From assembly GCA_043754535.1 (NCBI GenBank), contig JAYUUN010000020.1, positions 1 through 56,886 of the forward strand: a DNA stretch of 56,886 bases, read 5' to 3'. Each line of letters opens with the position of its first letter. Within the stretch, counting starts at the first letter, position 1. A program made the translations under genes and the position numbers. The notes under the pieces were generated by a model. The model was not told where the DNA came from and searched no databases. It saw nothing but the letters and a program-made list of their open reading frames with translations. Below, in pieces: positions 17,697 to 27,322 of the stretch. The DNA comes from Chloroflexota bacterium (lineage in GTDB: Bacteria; Chloroflexota; Chloroflexia; QHBQ01).

Positions 17697-19151
17697 ATGT
17701 CGGTTGATTATGGGCAGCAAAACAGCATTGATGACTTGCTAAACCGTGGTGTGGCAGCGGCCAGGGAGAAGCGCAAGCCAGAGGCCCGCGCTCTCTTGCG
17801 CGAGGTAGTGGCCCGTGACCCGCAGAGCGAACAGGGCTGGCTTTGGCTGGCCGCCGTTGCCGCTTCGCCCGAAGAAGCGATGCTCAACTTCCGCCGGGTG
17901 CTGGCGATCAACCCCAGCAACCCGCAGGCTCAGGCTGGGGTGCGCTGGGCCGAAAGCAAGCGCGCACAACTAACCAGCACCGCGACAGCTAACCAGACCG
18001 CCCGCACTAGCCCGCCTGCTGCCAACCCGCCTCCCACTCAGCCGCTCAACCAGTCCGGACGGCTAGAGCGGAGTGGGGGAACTGGCACAACTGGCGCGCT
18101 CTTTACCGCCCCCGCTGGCGTGCAGCCGATCACCCCTGCTGCTCCTGCTGTGTCTGCTGCCGCTACTGAGGAGAGCAAGCGGATGTCTCTCGCCGATTGG
18201 ATGTCGAGCCAGAACCAGGAAGCTACCACCGCTACCGCTCCTCCCAGCCGTGACAATCGACGGGCTGGGTTCTTTGACATTGAGGATGGTGACAGCGGTG
18301 GCGCACGGGTAGAAGCACGCGGGGGCAGCAACCCCCTGCCAGTGACGACCGTTGACCTACCGCCCACCCCTACCGCCCCAGTGGCTAGCTATAGCCAGGA
18401 TGAATACGACGAGTTCGCGGGGCTGGATGACCTCTCTGATGTGCCGCCACCGGAGTCGCGCACTGCCGTCGCCAATGGTGGTGATGCCACCCCTACTGCT
18501 GCGCCGCGCCCACGCAGCACTGCCAGCAACCGCGCCCGCGAACTGGCGAACATCGGTGCAGAACTGGATATTGCAGCCGGGCGGGCTAGCGGTAGTGTTG
18601 AGGACCTGACTAGCGTGGACGGTGCGAGAGCCGCCCGCGAACGCCGCCTCAGTGGGGATGCGGCCAAGAGTGCCTCTGGCCGTGCTGCCCGCCCCGGCCT
18701 GCTCAACAACCTGCCCTTGCTGGCCGTCGCCCTGTTGGTCGCGGTGGTACTCGTCCTCGGCTTCCTCTACATTAGCAACAACCAGGGTGGTGGCAGCACG
18801 TCCAGCCAATCCGCTACTGTTGGCAAGTTCGTGGTAGCATACAAGGCGGGCAAGGTTAGCGAGTATAATGGCTACCTGACTACCAACTGGCGCGATCAAC
18901 TGGCAAAGAACCCCGAACTCGGCTCCGTTATCCAACTGCTGGGGGTGATCAACCTTGAAGACAAGGGCGTGATGTCGGCAGTTGCCCGCGACGAGGCTAA
19001 GGGTCTGCTGGTCGAAGAATACTACGTCGTTGGGGCGAACAAGGCCAACCCGGTGGACTTCGTGCTAGTCAAGAACAAGGACGCTGGCGACTGGAAGATA
19101 GACTCGTTTAAGGCGGTCAACGAGCGGTTAAGCCCGCCCACAACTGGCTGA
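17697..19151 (+). CDS. TPR-containing single-pass membrane protein
   Basis: ATG 17697 after AGGAGG; N-terminal TPR (DPQSEQGWLWLA...VLAINPSN), long Pro/Ala/Thr/acidic linker, one TM, small C-terminal domain. Confidence 0.8.
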   Translation: MSVDYGQQNSIDDLLNRGVAAAREKRKPEARALLREVVARDPQSEQGWLWLAAVAASPEEAMLNFRRVLAINPSNPQAQAGVRWAESKRAQLTSTATANQTARTSPPAANPPPTQPLNQSGRLERSGGTGTTGALFTAPAGVQPITPAAPAVSAAATEESKRMSLADWMSSQNQEATTATAPPSRDNRRAGFFDIEDGDSGGARVEARGGSNPLPVTTVDLPPTPTAPVASYSQDEYDEFAGLDDLSDVPPPESRTAVANGGDATPTAAPRPRSTASNRARELANIGAELDIAAGRASGSVEDLTSVDGARAARERRLSGDAAKSASGRAARPGLLNNLPLLAVALLVAVVLVLGFLYISNNQGGGSTSSQSATVGKFVVAYKAGKVSEYNGYLTTNWRDQLAKNPELGSVIQLLGVINLEDKGVMSAVARDEAKGLLVEEYYVVGANKANPVDFVLVKNKDAGDWKIDSFKAVNERLSPPTTG

Positions 19152-19155
19152 TAAC

Positions 19156-19193
19156 GAAAGGGGAGCGCAACCAGTGTGCGCTCCTCTCACTTT
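19156..19193. terminator. Probable bidirectional terminator between convergent genes
   Basis: GGGGAGCGCA-ACCAGTG-TGCGCTCCTC hairpin with AAA on the left and TTT on the right. Confidence 0.65.
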
Positions 19194-19218
19194 GCCCGTG
19201 TGCGCCGTCTCAGGCCGT

Positions 19219-22200
19219 TCAGTCGCTCACGGTCGCCTGATAAACCAGCTTGCTGATCTCGGCACGGGTGCTGGCAGCATTGGGGCGGAAGCAGAGATCG
19301 CCGCCACAACTGCTGCCGCTGATCAACCCGTGCGCGAAGGCCGCCGCCACGAAACCGTAGGCCCAGTGGTTGGCCTGCACGTCGGTGAAGGGCAAGTCCG
19401 CAGTGCCAGGCGGCCAGCCCTTGAGCGCAACCAGCATCTTGGTCAACTCGGCGCGCCCGACGCTATGGCCTGGTAGGAAGCAGGGTGATGCGACACCCTC
19501 CGCCGCACACGGTTGCCGCTCTGTATCGTCGAGGTAGCCGTTAACCAGGCCCAGGCGGGCAGCAGTCGCAACATAGCGGTAGGCCCAGTGGTTGGCAGCC
19601 ATATCGCTGAAGGCTTGCGGGCCAGGATTGTCCAGTGGCAGGTTGAGCGAACGCACCAGCATCTTGGTCACTTCGTCGCGGCGGGTAAGCACGTTCGGGT
19701 TGAAGGCTAGTCCACTTCCACTGGGCGTGCCGTTGGCGAGATGTTGAAAGAAGGAGAAGTTAATGTACTGCCAGGCCCAGTGGCCCGCTGCCACATCGCT
19801 CAGGTTGGCCGGCGCGCTGGGGGTGGCGGTGGCGGTCGGGCCGAGCGGCCCCTCGTTGCCCCAGGCATCCACTGGGGCGACCGCGAAGTAGTAGAGGGTG
19901 CCATTGAGCAGAGGGGCTGTGTTGCCGCCCAGCCGCGCCAGCTTGACCCGCGTGTGCTGGGCGGCTGCGTCTATCGTCACCACCGGGGTCATGCCCGCTG
20001 CGCTGCTGAAGTTGGCGGTGTTGGCGTAGATGTGGTAGCCGACCGTGCTGCTGATCGGCTGGTAGATGGCCCAGTCTAGCTCTACCATACCACTGAGTAG
20101 GCCGTCTGCTGCACTGGGGCTGATCGCAGGCTGGGTGGGTATGCTGTGATCGGTGGCAAGCAGGCGAATGTTGTCGAAGGTGAGCGTCTGCCCAGCGCGT
20201 GGCCGTAGCAGCCCTTGGCGCAGGTGGCCGATAGCGGCCAGGTTAAGCCGCGCCGCCGCCTCACGTAGGGGGATGGCTACCTGGTTGAAGCCGGGGCGCA
20301 AGATAGTCTGATAGTTGTAGAAGCTGCCAGCGTCGTCGTCCCCAGTCAGGCGCGTCTCCGTGTTGGGGTCGGGCAGGTCACTACTGGGGTTGGTCGCGTC
20401 GAAGGCATAGAAGTCGTAGCCGCTCCAGTTGCGTGGCTGGAAGGCGGCTCCTTCTGGCTGCTTGCGGGCATAAGACCAGGAGTAGGAGCCACTGATCGCT
20501 CCCACCTGCCCATTGTAGCTAAACAGCCCTGCGCTGCTGCCCGCCGTTGCGCCAGTCGTAGTGCGGCTGAGGCTGAAGGAAGCGGCTGGCTCTGGCTGCC
20601 AGTTCGCCAACTCTGCCTCGCTCTCGAAGCTGCCAAGCATGGTGCTGCCCGTCACCTTGTAGACATAGAAGGGCTGAGCGGTGGTGTAGGCTAGGCTATC
20701 TAGCACCTCACCGTTGCTGCGGATGCGCCAGTACCAGCGGCCATAGTCGAAGCCGTCAGGGGCGGTGTAGTTGTTGACGTTGCCGAGGCTGTAGCTGCGG
20801 GCGTTGACGAAGTCGGGCGTGCGGGCGGCCTGCAAGGTGTAGCCGCCAGCCCCCGCCACTGGCTGCCAGCGGAATTGTACGCTGTTGCCGAAGATCGCGC
20901 CGAGGTAGGCAGGATTGGTGGGGATCGGGGTCTGACCGCTAAATTGGCCGATGGCCGTCGTGTATAGCTGGCGGTTAATCTCGCTCATGCGGCTGACCAG
21001 TTCGCGGTAGGGCAGGTCGTGGACTGTAACCAGCCCCCAGGAGTTGCTATTGCCACTTACCGACGCGTCGTCGCTGTAGGGGAACCAGTGTAGGCCGACG
21101 ACGAAGGGGCGGCTGACTAGAGTGTGCAAGAAGATACGGTAAGAGTCGGCGCGGCTGTCGGTTGTTGGCCCAACCTGACCAGGGGCGCGGAAGCCGTTGG
21201 GCAGACCGCTATCGGCGGCGCGGGCGGTGAACTCGGTGATCATCACCGGCTTGTTAGCCCAGAGGCCGACGGTGTCTACCGAAGCAAGGTTGGGATTGCT
21301 GAAGGTGCGGTTGTACATATTGACACTGAACACGTCTACGTACTGCGCGCCGCCTTCGATGATCGGGCGGAAGATAGGTGGCGGCAGGAAGCGGCAGCCC
21401 AGTAGCAGGTGGTTGGGGTCGCGGGCCTTGATCGCAGCGTTGGTGATGCGGAAGTATTCGCCCGCAATCTGGCGGAGGAAGGCCAGTTTGTCTTCGCTGG
21501 CGGCCAGGTTAGTGACGCTGGTGGCTGCTAGCAGGCTGTTGTTGCCAGTGCGGAAGTCGCTGTAGCTGCTGCCCCAGGCCGCATTGAGGGCCGCAATAGT
21601 GGGGTAGCGGGCCTCCAGGCTGGCGACCCAGGCTAGCTTGCCCGGCTTGTTGGCGGCCTGGGCGATGAAGTTCTCCACCACACTGTTGTTCGGCTGGTCA
21701 TAGTACACCCCATCTTTGTACCACCAGAGTTCATTGTCGCTGTAGTATCCTATAATCCAGGGGTCGTTGACCTCGGCGGTGCTAATCGCGCTCTGGGCGG
21801 CCAGGCGGGTAGCGGCGGCAAAGGCGGGGTCGAACACGTCAGGGAAGCTAGAGTTGACGCGGGGGATGTCGGCCCCAGCAGAGAGGGCGAGGATGCGCGT
21901 CTCTGCCAGCCCGCGATGGGCAAGGGCAGGGTCAGCCCAGGCACCGAGGGTGTTGAAGTGCCAGCCCAGCAGCCTGCGGGTGGTAAGCTGTTGCCAATCG
22001 CCGAGGTTGGCATACTGAGCGGCGAAGTAGGTGGCATAGCCGTCGGGCTGGCCGAGGCCGCCGATAGCATTGACCGAGTTGACCCCAAGTGAGAAGAAGG
22101 CGTGACCGCTGGGCGTGACCAGCCACCACCGCCCACCCACCTGCGTAGTGCGGAAGTAGCCGCTGTTGTTAGCCAGTGGCAGGCCAAGATAGCCGCCATA

Positions 22201-22362
22201 TTGGTCGCTCTCCTGCTTTGCTGCGGCTAGCAGGGCAGCAGGAGCAGGTTGTAGCTTGGCCTGCTCTGGCTGCGGCCCCCGATCCTGCCCAAATCCTACA
22301 GCCAATACAGTGAGCAACATCGCCAGCAGCAGTACTCTGACCATCGTTCTCCGACCCAGCAT
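19219..22362 (-). CDS. Secreted GH50-like (beta-agarase-like, clan GH-A) glycoside hydrolase with CBM/Fn3-like modules and C-terminal SLH repeats
   Basis: Signal peptide; YFRTTQVGGRWWLVTPSGHAFFSLGVN, FNTLGAWA, GYYSDNEL, DPNHLLLGCRF, ITEF; three SLH-like repeats (SDVAAGHWA, FSDMAANHWA, FTDVQANHWA...TRAE). Confidence 0.8.
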   Translation of the reverse strand: MLGRRTMVRVLLLAMLLTVLAVGFGQDRGPQPEQAKLQPAPAALLAAAKQESDQYGGYLGLPLANNSGYFRTTQVGGRWWLVTPSGHAFFSLGVNSVNAIGGLGQPDGYATYFAAQYANLGDWQQLTTRRLLGWHFNTLGAWADPALAHRGLAETRILALSAGADIPRVNSSFPDVFDPAFAAATRLAAQSAISTAEVNDPWIIGYYSDNELWWYKDGVYYDQPNNSVVENFIAQAANKPGKLAWVASLEARYPTIAALNAAWGSSYSDFRTGNNSLLAATSVTNLAASEDKLAFLRQIAGEYFRITNAAIKARDPNHLLLGCRFLPPPIFRPIIEGGAQYVDVFSVNMYNRTFSNPNLASVDTVGLWANKPVMITEFTARAADSGLPNGFRAPGQVGPTTDSRADSYRIFLHTLVSRPFVVGLHWFPYSDDASVSGNSNSWGLVTVHDLPYRELVSRMSEINRQLYTTAIGQFSGQTPIPTNPAYLGAIFGNSVQFRWQPVAGAGGYTLQAARTPDFVNARSYSLGNVNNYTAPDGFDYGRWYWRIRSNGEVLDSLAYTTAQPFYVYKVTGSTMLGSFESEAELANWQPEPAASFSLSRTTTGATAGSSAGLFSYNGQVGAISGSYSWSYARKQPEGAAFQPRNWSGYDFYAFDATNPSSDLPDPNTETRLTGDDDAGSFYNYQTILRPGFNQVAIPLREAAARLNLAAIGHLRQGLLRPRAGQTLTFDNIRLLATDHSIPTQPAISPSAADGLLSGMVELDWAIYQPISSTVGYHIYANTANFSSAAGMTPVVTIDAAAQHTRVKLARLGGNTAPLLNGTLYYFAVAPVDAWGNEGPLGPTATATPSAPANLSDVAAGHWAWQYINFSFFQHLANGTPSGSGLAFNPNVLTRRDEVTKMLVRSLNLPLDNPGPQAFSDMAANHWAYRYVATAARLGLVNGYLDDTERQPCAAEGVASPCFLPGHSVGRAELTKMLVALKGWPPGTADLPFTDVQANHWAYGFVAAAFAHGLISGSSCGGDLCFRPNAASTRAEISKLVYQATVSD

Positions 22363-22543
22363 CGTTACACCCCCAAAGTTTTACTGGTTATGATAGTCAG
22401 CCAGCCTGCCTTTGCTTCATTGCGCTAGCTGTTCACTCGGCTAGCGGGTACGGCTGCTAATACCTTCTTCAGCTAAACGGCCCGGTGTGCGTGAGGCCAT
22501 GTGGTATAATTGGCCGAGATAATAGGATCGAGGAGAGTAGCTG

Positions 22544-24067
22544 ATGAACGGGGAGAGAAATGAGATTACTGGGCCGGTGCGGACGCGCTTTGCCCCCAGC
22601 CCCACTGGGTTTCTGCACGTGGGGGGGGTACGCACCGCCATGTTTAGCTGGCTGTTGGCCCAGAGGTTTGGCGGCGAGTTCTTGTTGCGGGTTGAGGACA
22701 CTGACCAGAAACGCTTCGTTGAGGGGGCCGAGCAGAACATGATGGAGAGCCTGCGCTGGGTAGGCATCGCCTGGGCTGAGGGGCCAGACGTGGGTGGCCC
22801 GCACGCGCCCTATCGCCAGTCAGAGCGGCTGCCGATCTACCAACGCTACGCGGAGCAGCTTGTGGCCCAGGGTGACGCTTACCAGAGTTGGACCAGCCCA
22901 GCAGAGTTGACTGTCGAGCGCGAGGCTGCGGCTGCCGCCCACCAGCCGCCTCCCCGCCGCGACCGCTGGCGCAATGCCACCCCAGAGCAGGTGGCAGCGC
23001 AGGAGGCGACGGGTCAACGCTTTGTGATCCGCCTCAAGCTGCCAGAGGAAGGGTCGGTTGTGTTCTACGATTTGGTGAAGAAGGACACGATCACCTTCGA
23101 CTACAGTGGGCAGGACGACATTGTGATCCTCAAGTCGGACGGCTTCCCTACCTACCACCTGGCCGCCACCGTGGACGACCACCTGATGGGCATTACCCAC
23201 GTGATGCGCGCCGAGGAGTGGTTGGCTAGCACACCCAAGCACCTGTTCATCTACCAATCGCTGGGTTGGCAGCCGCCCGCCTTCGCCCACGTGCCGAACA
23301 TCCTGCGCCCAGACGGACGTGGCAAGATGAGCAAGCGCGACGGTGATGCTAGTACCGAGCAGTTCTGGACGAAAGGTTATCTGCCAGAGGCGATGTTCAA
23401 CTACCTGGCTTTGCAGGGTTGGAGCTACGACGACCACACCGAGATCATGACGGTGGCCGAGATCAGCCAGCGGTTCAGCCTGGATCGGGTGCAGCCCTCA
23501 CCCGCCCGCTGGAACATGGAGAAGTTGAACTGGATGAATAGCCAGTACATCAACCACGTTCTCACCCTCGACGACCTGGCGCGCCGCAGCCTCCCCTTTA
23601 TGCAGAGCGGGGGCTACCTCAAGGACGTGGTGGAGGGCGACGAGGAGTACCTCTACTACAGGGCAGCTCTGGAACTGATCAAGGATCGCCTCAAGCTGCT
23701 GGGCGAAGCTCCCGACTTGCTTAGCTACTTTTTTGCTGATCGCTTGCAGTACGACACTACCTTGCTGCTGGGCAAGGGTATCACCGCCGAGCAGGTGGCG
23801 GCTGTGCTTGACCACACCATCCATCTATTGCAGAGCGATCAGTACGCCGCCTGGCATCTGAGCGACAAGGAGATGGGGCCAGAGGCGAACCTGCGGGGGC
23901 TGGCAGCAGAGTTGGGGGTGAAGGTGGGTAGCGTATTTATGCCGATCCGCGTGGCGATCACGGGCCGCAGCCAGTCGCCCGGTCTCTTTGAGACGGCGGA
24001 AGTGCTAGGTAAGGAACGCACCCTCTTTCGCCTGCGCGAGGCACTACACCAGGTGCAGGGCCAATAA
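22544..24067 (+). CDS. gltX: Glutamate--tRNA ligase
   Basis: RTRFAPSPTGFLHVGG (HIGH), LRVEDTD, THVMRAEEW, KMSKR. Confidence 0.97.
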   Translation: MNGERNEITGPVRTRFAPSPTGFLHVGGVRTAMFSWLLAQRFGGEFLLRVEDTDQKRFVEGAEQNMMESLRWVGIAWAEGPDVGGPHAPYRQSERLPIYQRYAEQLVAQGDAYQSWTSPAELTVEREAAAAAHQPPPRRDRWRNATPEQVAAQEATGQRFVIRLKLPEEGSVVFYDLVKKDTITFDYSGQDDIVILKSDGFPTYHLAATVDDHLMGITHVMRAEEWLASTPKHLFIYQSLGWQPPAFAHVPNILRPDGRGKMSKRDGDASTEQFWTKGYLPEAMFNYLALQGWSYDDHTEIMTVAEISQRFSLDRVQPSPARWNMEKLNWMNSQYINHVLTLDDLARRSLPFMQSGGYLKDVVEGDEEYLYYRAALELIKDRLKLLGEAPDLLSYFFADRLQYDTTLLLGKGITAEQVAAVLDHTIHLLQSDQYAAWHLSDKEMGPEANLRGLAAELGVKVGSVFMPIRVAITGRSQSPGLFETAEVLGKERTLFRLREALHQVQGQ

Positions 24068-24880
24068 CAGGCGGGCGGCTAGCATGGGCAGCAGGTTGCC
24101 TGCTCTGGCGCGGATCAGCAGAGCGGCGCGGTCGTCGAAGCGGGTGGGGCCGAGGCTGAGGATGATCGTCTTTGCCCCAGCCTGTGCTGCCCGCAATGGG
24201 ATGCGATAGCCAGAGTAGACGGCCAGCGAACTGCCGACCACCACGCAGAGGTCAGCCGCCGCTGCCAGATCGAGCGACTGTTGCGCGTCCGCCACTGGCA
24301 CGTTCTCGCCGAAGAAGACAACCCCCGGCTTGAGGATGCCATCGCAGAGTTCGCAGCCGGGGACACGTACGCTGGTGGGGTCGATCTGCTCCCGCTGCTG
24401 CTCACTCAGGTAAGCGGGGATTTCGTTCATCTCAGCCATGCGCTGTAGTACCGTAGGGCGGTCGGTTGGGCTGCCACAGGTGGTGCAGACAACCGCCAGA
24501 TAGTTGCCGTGCAACTCAAGCGCGTCGCTGCCCGCCAGCCCATGCAAGCCGTCCACGTTCTGGGTAATCAGGGCGGCCAGCTTGCCCGCCTGCTGCAAGC
24601 CAGCGATGGTGCGGTGGGCAGCATTGGGCAGGGCGCGCAGGAAGGTGGGGAACGTCACCTGGCTGCGGAGCCAGAAGGCGGCGCGTACCTCAGCCTTCCG
24701 CATAAAGTCCAGGTAGTAGATCGGCTTGTAGGTTGACCACAACCCACCGGGGCTGCGGAAGTCGGGGATGCCCGACTCGGTACTGACCCCGGCTCCGGTG
24801 AGCATGACGACGGAGCGCGCCTTGCGCCAGAGTTCGGCGGCGCGCTCTACCACGTCTAGCAAGGTGTAATCATCGTCCAT
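24044..24880 (-). CDS. cobB: NAD-dependent protein deacylase (sirtuin, class II/SIRT4-like)
   Basis: GAGVSTESGIPDFRS, ITQNVDGLH, ELHG, CxxC...CxxC, LKPGVVFFGENVP, GSSLAVYSGYR. Confidence 0.92.
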   Translation of the reverse strand: MDDDYTLLDVVERAAELWRKARSVVMLTGAGVSTESGIPDFRSPGGLWSTYKPIYYLDFMRKAEVRAAFWLRSQVTFPTFLRALPNAAHRTIAGLQQAGKLAALITQNVDGLHGLAGSDALELHGNYLAVVCTTCGSPTDRPTVLQRMAEMNEIPAYLSEQQREQIDPTSVRVPGCELCDGILKPGVVFFGENVPVADAQQSLDLAAAADLCVVVGSSLAVYSGYRIPLRAAQAGAKTIILSLGPTRFDDRAALLIRARAGNLLPMLAARLLLALHLV

Positions 24881-24903
24881 AATCTGGCCTGGGATGGGGC
24901 CGC

Positions 24904-26160
24904 CTACCTCTCGTAAGCCTTGAACACGGCAGAGGCGTTCTGGCCGCCGAAGGCGAAGCCGTTGACCATCGCCACCCGCACCTTAGCCTTGCGCTTGACG
25001 TTCGGCACGTAGTCGAGGTCGCACTCTGGGTCGGGGGTGTTCAGGTTGATGGTGGGTGGTACTATGCCGTCGCGGATCGCCAGGATCGCTGCTGCCCCGC
25101 TGATCGCCCCTGCTGCGCCCAGTTGGTGGCCGACCATGCTCTTGGGCGCGGTGATCATCAGCTTGTAGGCGTGTTCGCCAAAGACGCGCTTGATCGCATT
25201 GGTTTCGCTCACGTCGTTGAGCGGGGTGCTGGTGGCGTGGGCCACGATCAGGTCAACATCCTCTGGCTGCATTCCCGCCTGCTTCAACGCCCTGCTCATC
25301 GCCAACGAAGCCCCGGAGCCGTCGGGCAGTGGAGCGGACACGTGGTAGGCATCACCCGTCACTGCTGCGCCAATCAGTTCGGCGATGATCGGCGCGTCGC
25401 GCTGCAAGGCGTGTTCAAGGGTCTCCAGGATCATCATCCCCGCGCCTTCGCCTGACACGAAGCCGTCGCGAGTCTTGTCGAAGGGGCGACTGGCCCGCGT
25501 CGGCTCGTCGTTGCGCTTGCTCAACGCGCCCATGTTGTTGAAGCCCGCAAAGTTGAGCGGGTGGATGTTGGCCTCGGTACTGCCCGTGATCGCGACCTCA
25601 GCCTCGCCACTGCGGAGTAGGCGTAGTGCGTCGGCGAAGCTGATCACCCCAGTGGCGCAGGCACCGGCGTTGCACATCGTCGGCCCCTTCGCGCCGAGGT
25701 GGATGCCGACCTGACACGCCCCCATGTTGGCGATGAAGCGGGGCAGGAAGAAGGGGCTGACGCGGCCCGAACCCCGCGTGAACAACACCTGCCCCTCGTC
25801 GGCTACGTCGCCAACGGCACCACCACCGGTGCCAACCACACTGGCGATCAGGTCTGCATTGCTAGCGTCAATCTTCAAGTTGGCATTGCGGACGGCCTGG
25901 TAAGCTGCCGCCACCGCAAATTGCGAGAAGCGGGCCATGCGCTTGGAAGCCTTAGAGTCCATATACTCATCGGGGTCAAAGCCCTTGACCTCACCTGCGA
26001 TTTTGACTGGGACGAGGGAGGAGTCGAATAGGGTGATCGGCCCGATGCCAGACACACCAGCGGTCAGGTTGTGCCAAAACTCCTCAACACTGTTACCAAT
26101 GGGGCTGATCATGCCCTGCCCGGTCACTACTACGCGGACTCTGCTGGTGTTGTTCTGCAT
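24904..26160 (-). CDS. fabF: Beta-ketoacyl-ACP synthase II
   Basis: GACATG (Cys), AHATSTPLND and KSMVGHQLGAAG (His-His), SRPFDKTRDGFV, FAFGGQN. Confidence 0.95.
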   Translation of the reverse strand: MQNNTSRVRVVVTGQGMISPIGNSVEEFWHNLTAGVSGIGPITLFDSSLVPVKIAGEVKGFDPDEYMDSKASKRMARFSQFAVAAAYQAVRNANLKIDASNADLIASVVGTGGGAVGDVADEGQVLFTRGSGRVSPFFLPRFIANMGACQVGIHLGAKGPTMCNAGACATGVISFADALRLLRSGEAEVAITGSTEANIHPLNFAGFNNMGALSKRNDEPTRASRPFDKTRDGFVSGEGAGMMILETLEHALQRDAPIIAELIGAAVTGDAYHVSAPLPDGSGASLAMSRALKQAGMQPEDVDLIVAHATSTPLNDVSETNAIKRVFGEHAYKLMITAPKSMVGHQLGAAGAISGAAAILAIRDGIVPPTINLNTPDPECDLDYVPNVKRKAKVRVAMVNGFAFGGQNASAVFKAYER

Positions 26161-26394
26161 CTTAGCTCCTATTTCATGTTGCGCGTTCTACGCCGAACGC
26201 TGAAGGCCAGGCGGTAACCGCTGTGCTGCGTCGCCCCGACGGTGGGGGTGTAAGATAGCTACATTCTACCAACTTTTGGTCGCCTAAACAAATGGCTTGA
26301 CCAGCAGCCTCGCACTCTGCTACAATGCAGCGGGCAAGGCACAGATATTGCCAGACCAATTGCTGATGAATGTGACAAGGAGATATTGCTAAGG

Positions 26395-26892
26395 ATGTTC
26401 AAGCGGCTCAAGGCTCTGCTCGGTTTGCTCGTTGTTCCCCTGCTGTTGGCTGGCTGCCTCGGCACTGGCCCGGAGGGTACCCCCACCGTGACCGTCATTG
26501 ATGGGCGCACGATAGTTTCAACCCAAATTGACCATGTGAACAACTCCACCATGACGATGGCTGGGGTCAACCCTAGCTATCGAGCAGGCGACACGATCAG
26601 CGTGACGATGGGTTTCGCCAATAATAATATTGGCCCAATGGACACCAAGTACCAGGTGCGTCTGCTCAACAAGGACGCAGCCAGCCCGCTCGTCTACACC
26701 CAGACAGCCCTCACCTTGCTGCAAATCGGCCCCTCGCAGCGGCAGACGCAGACCGTCACTCTGATCATCCCTGGCGACGTGCCACAGGGCGATTATCGGG
26801 TTAATCTCTACTTCGACTACTTTGGCAAAGAGAACAAGCCGATTGCCAACAATGCCACCTTCGACCTACCGACCAGCGTCGTGGCCCGCTGA
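26395..26892 (+). CDS. Lipoprotein of unknown function (beta-rich)
   Basis: Lipobox LLAGC after a basic/hydrophobic signal; promoter TTGACC...TACAAT upstream; start could be TTG 26386. Confidence 0.75.
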   Translation: MFKRLKALLGLLVVPLLLAGCLGTGPEGTPTVTVIDGRTIVSTQIDHVNNSTMTMAGVNPSYRAGDTISVTMGFANNNIGPMDTKYQVRLLNKDAASPLVYTQTALTLLQIGPSQRQTQTVTLIIPGDVPQGDYRVNLYFDYFGKENKPIANNATFDLPTSVVAR

Positions 26893-27257
26893 TGGCTGAC
26901 CGTCTGCTGCTACAAGGGCTGCGCTTCTATGGCTATCATGGGGTGGAGGAAGCAGAGCAGGGGTTGGGCCAGAACTTCGTAGTTGACCTGCTGATGGAGC
27001 TTGACCTGAAGCAGGCGGGCGCGAGCGACGACCTTGCCGATACGGTTAACTACGCGGCAGTCTACCAACTGGCGCGGACGATTGTGGAGGGGCCAGCCTA
27101 CAAGCTAATTGAGACGGTTGCCAGCCGCCTTGCCGCCGCGATATTGAGTGACTATCACCTGCTCACCGCCGTTACCGTACGGCTGAACAAACCACAAGCA
27201 CCGGCCCACGACCCCGCCCTCGGTTCGATCACGGTGGAGCTGCGGCGCGAGCGTTAG
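26892..27257 (+). CDS. folB: Dihydroneopterin aldolase
   Basis: GLRFYGYHGV...GQNFVVD, SDDLADTVNY, LIETVA, KPQAP; TGATG coupling with the upstream lipoprotein. Confidence 0.95.
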   Translation: MADRLLLQGLRFYGYHGVEEAEQGLGQNFVVDLLMELDLKQAGASDDLADTVNYAAVYQLARTIVEGPAYKLIETVASRLAAAILSDYHLLTAVTVRLNKPQAPAHDPALGSITVELRRER

Positions 27258-27262
27258 TGACA

Positions 27263-27298
27263 CAAAGAGGCCGCCCCAACAATTGACGCTGGAGCGGC
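27263..27298 (-). terminator. Probable terminator after prolyl oligopeptidase
   Basis: Minus strand GCCGCTCCA...TGGGGCGGC stem followed by CTCTTTG. Confidence 0.5.
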
Positions 27299-27322
27299 TA
27301 GTCTATGTTTGGTTGGTGTTGC

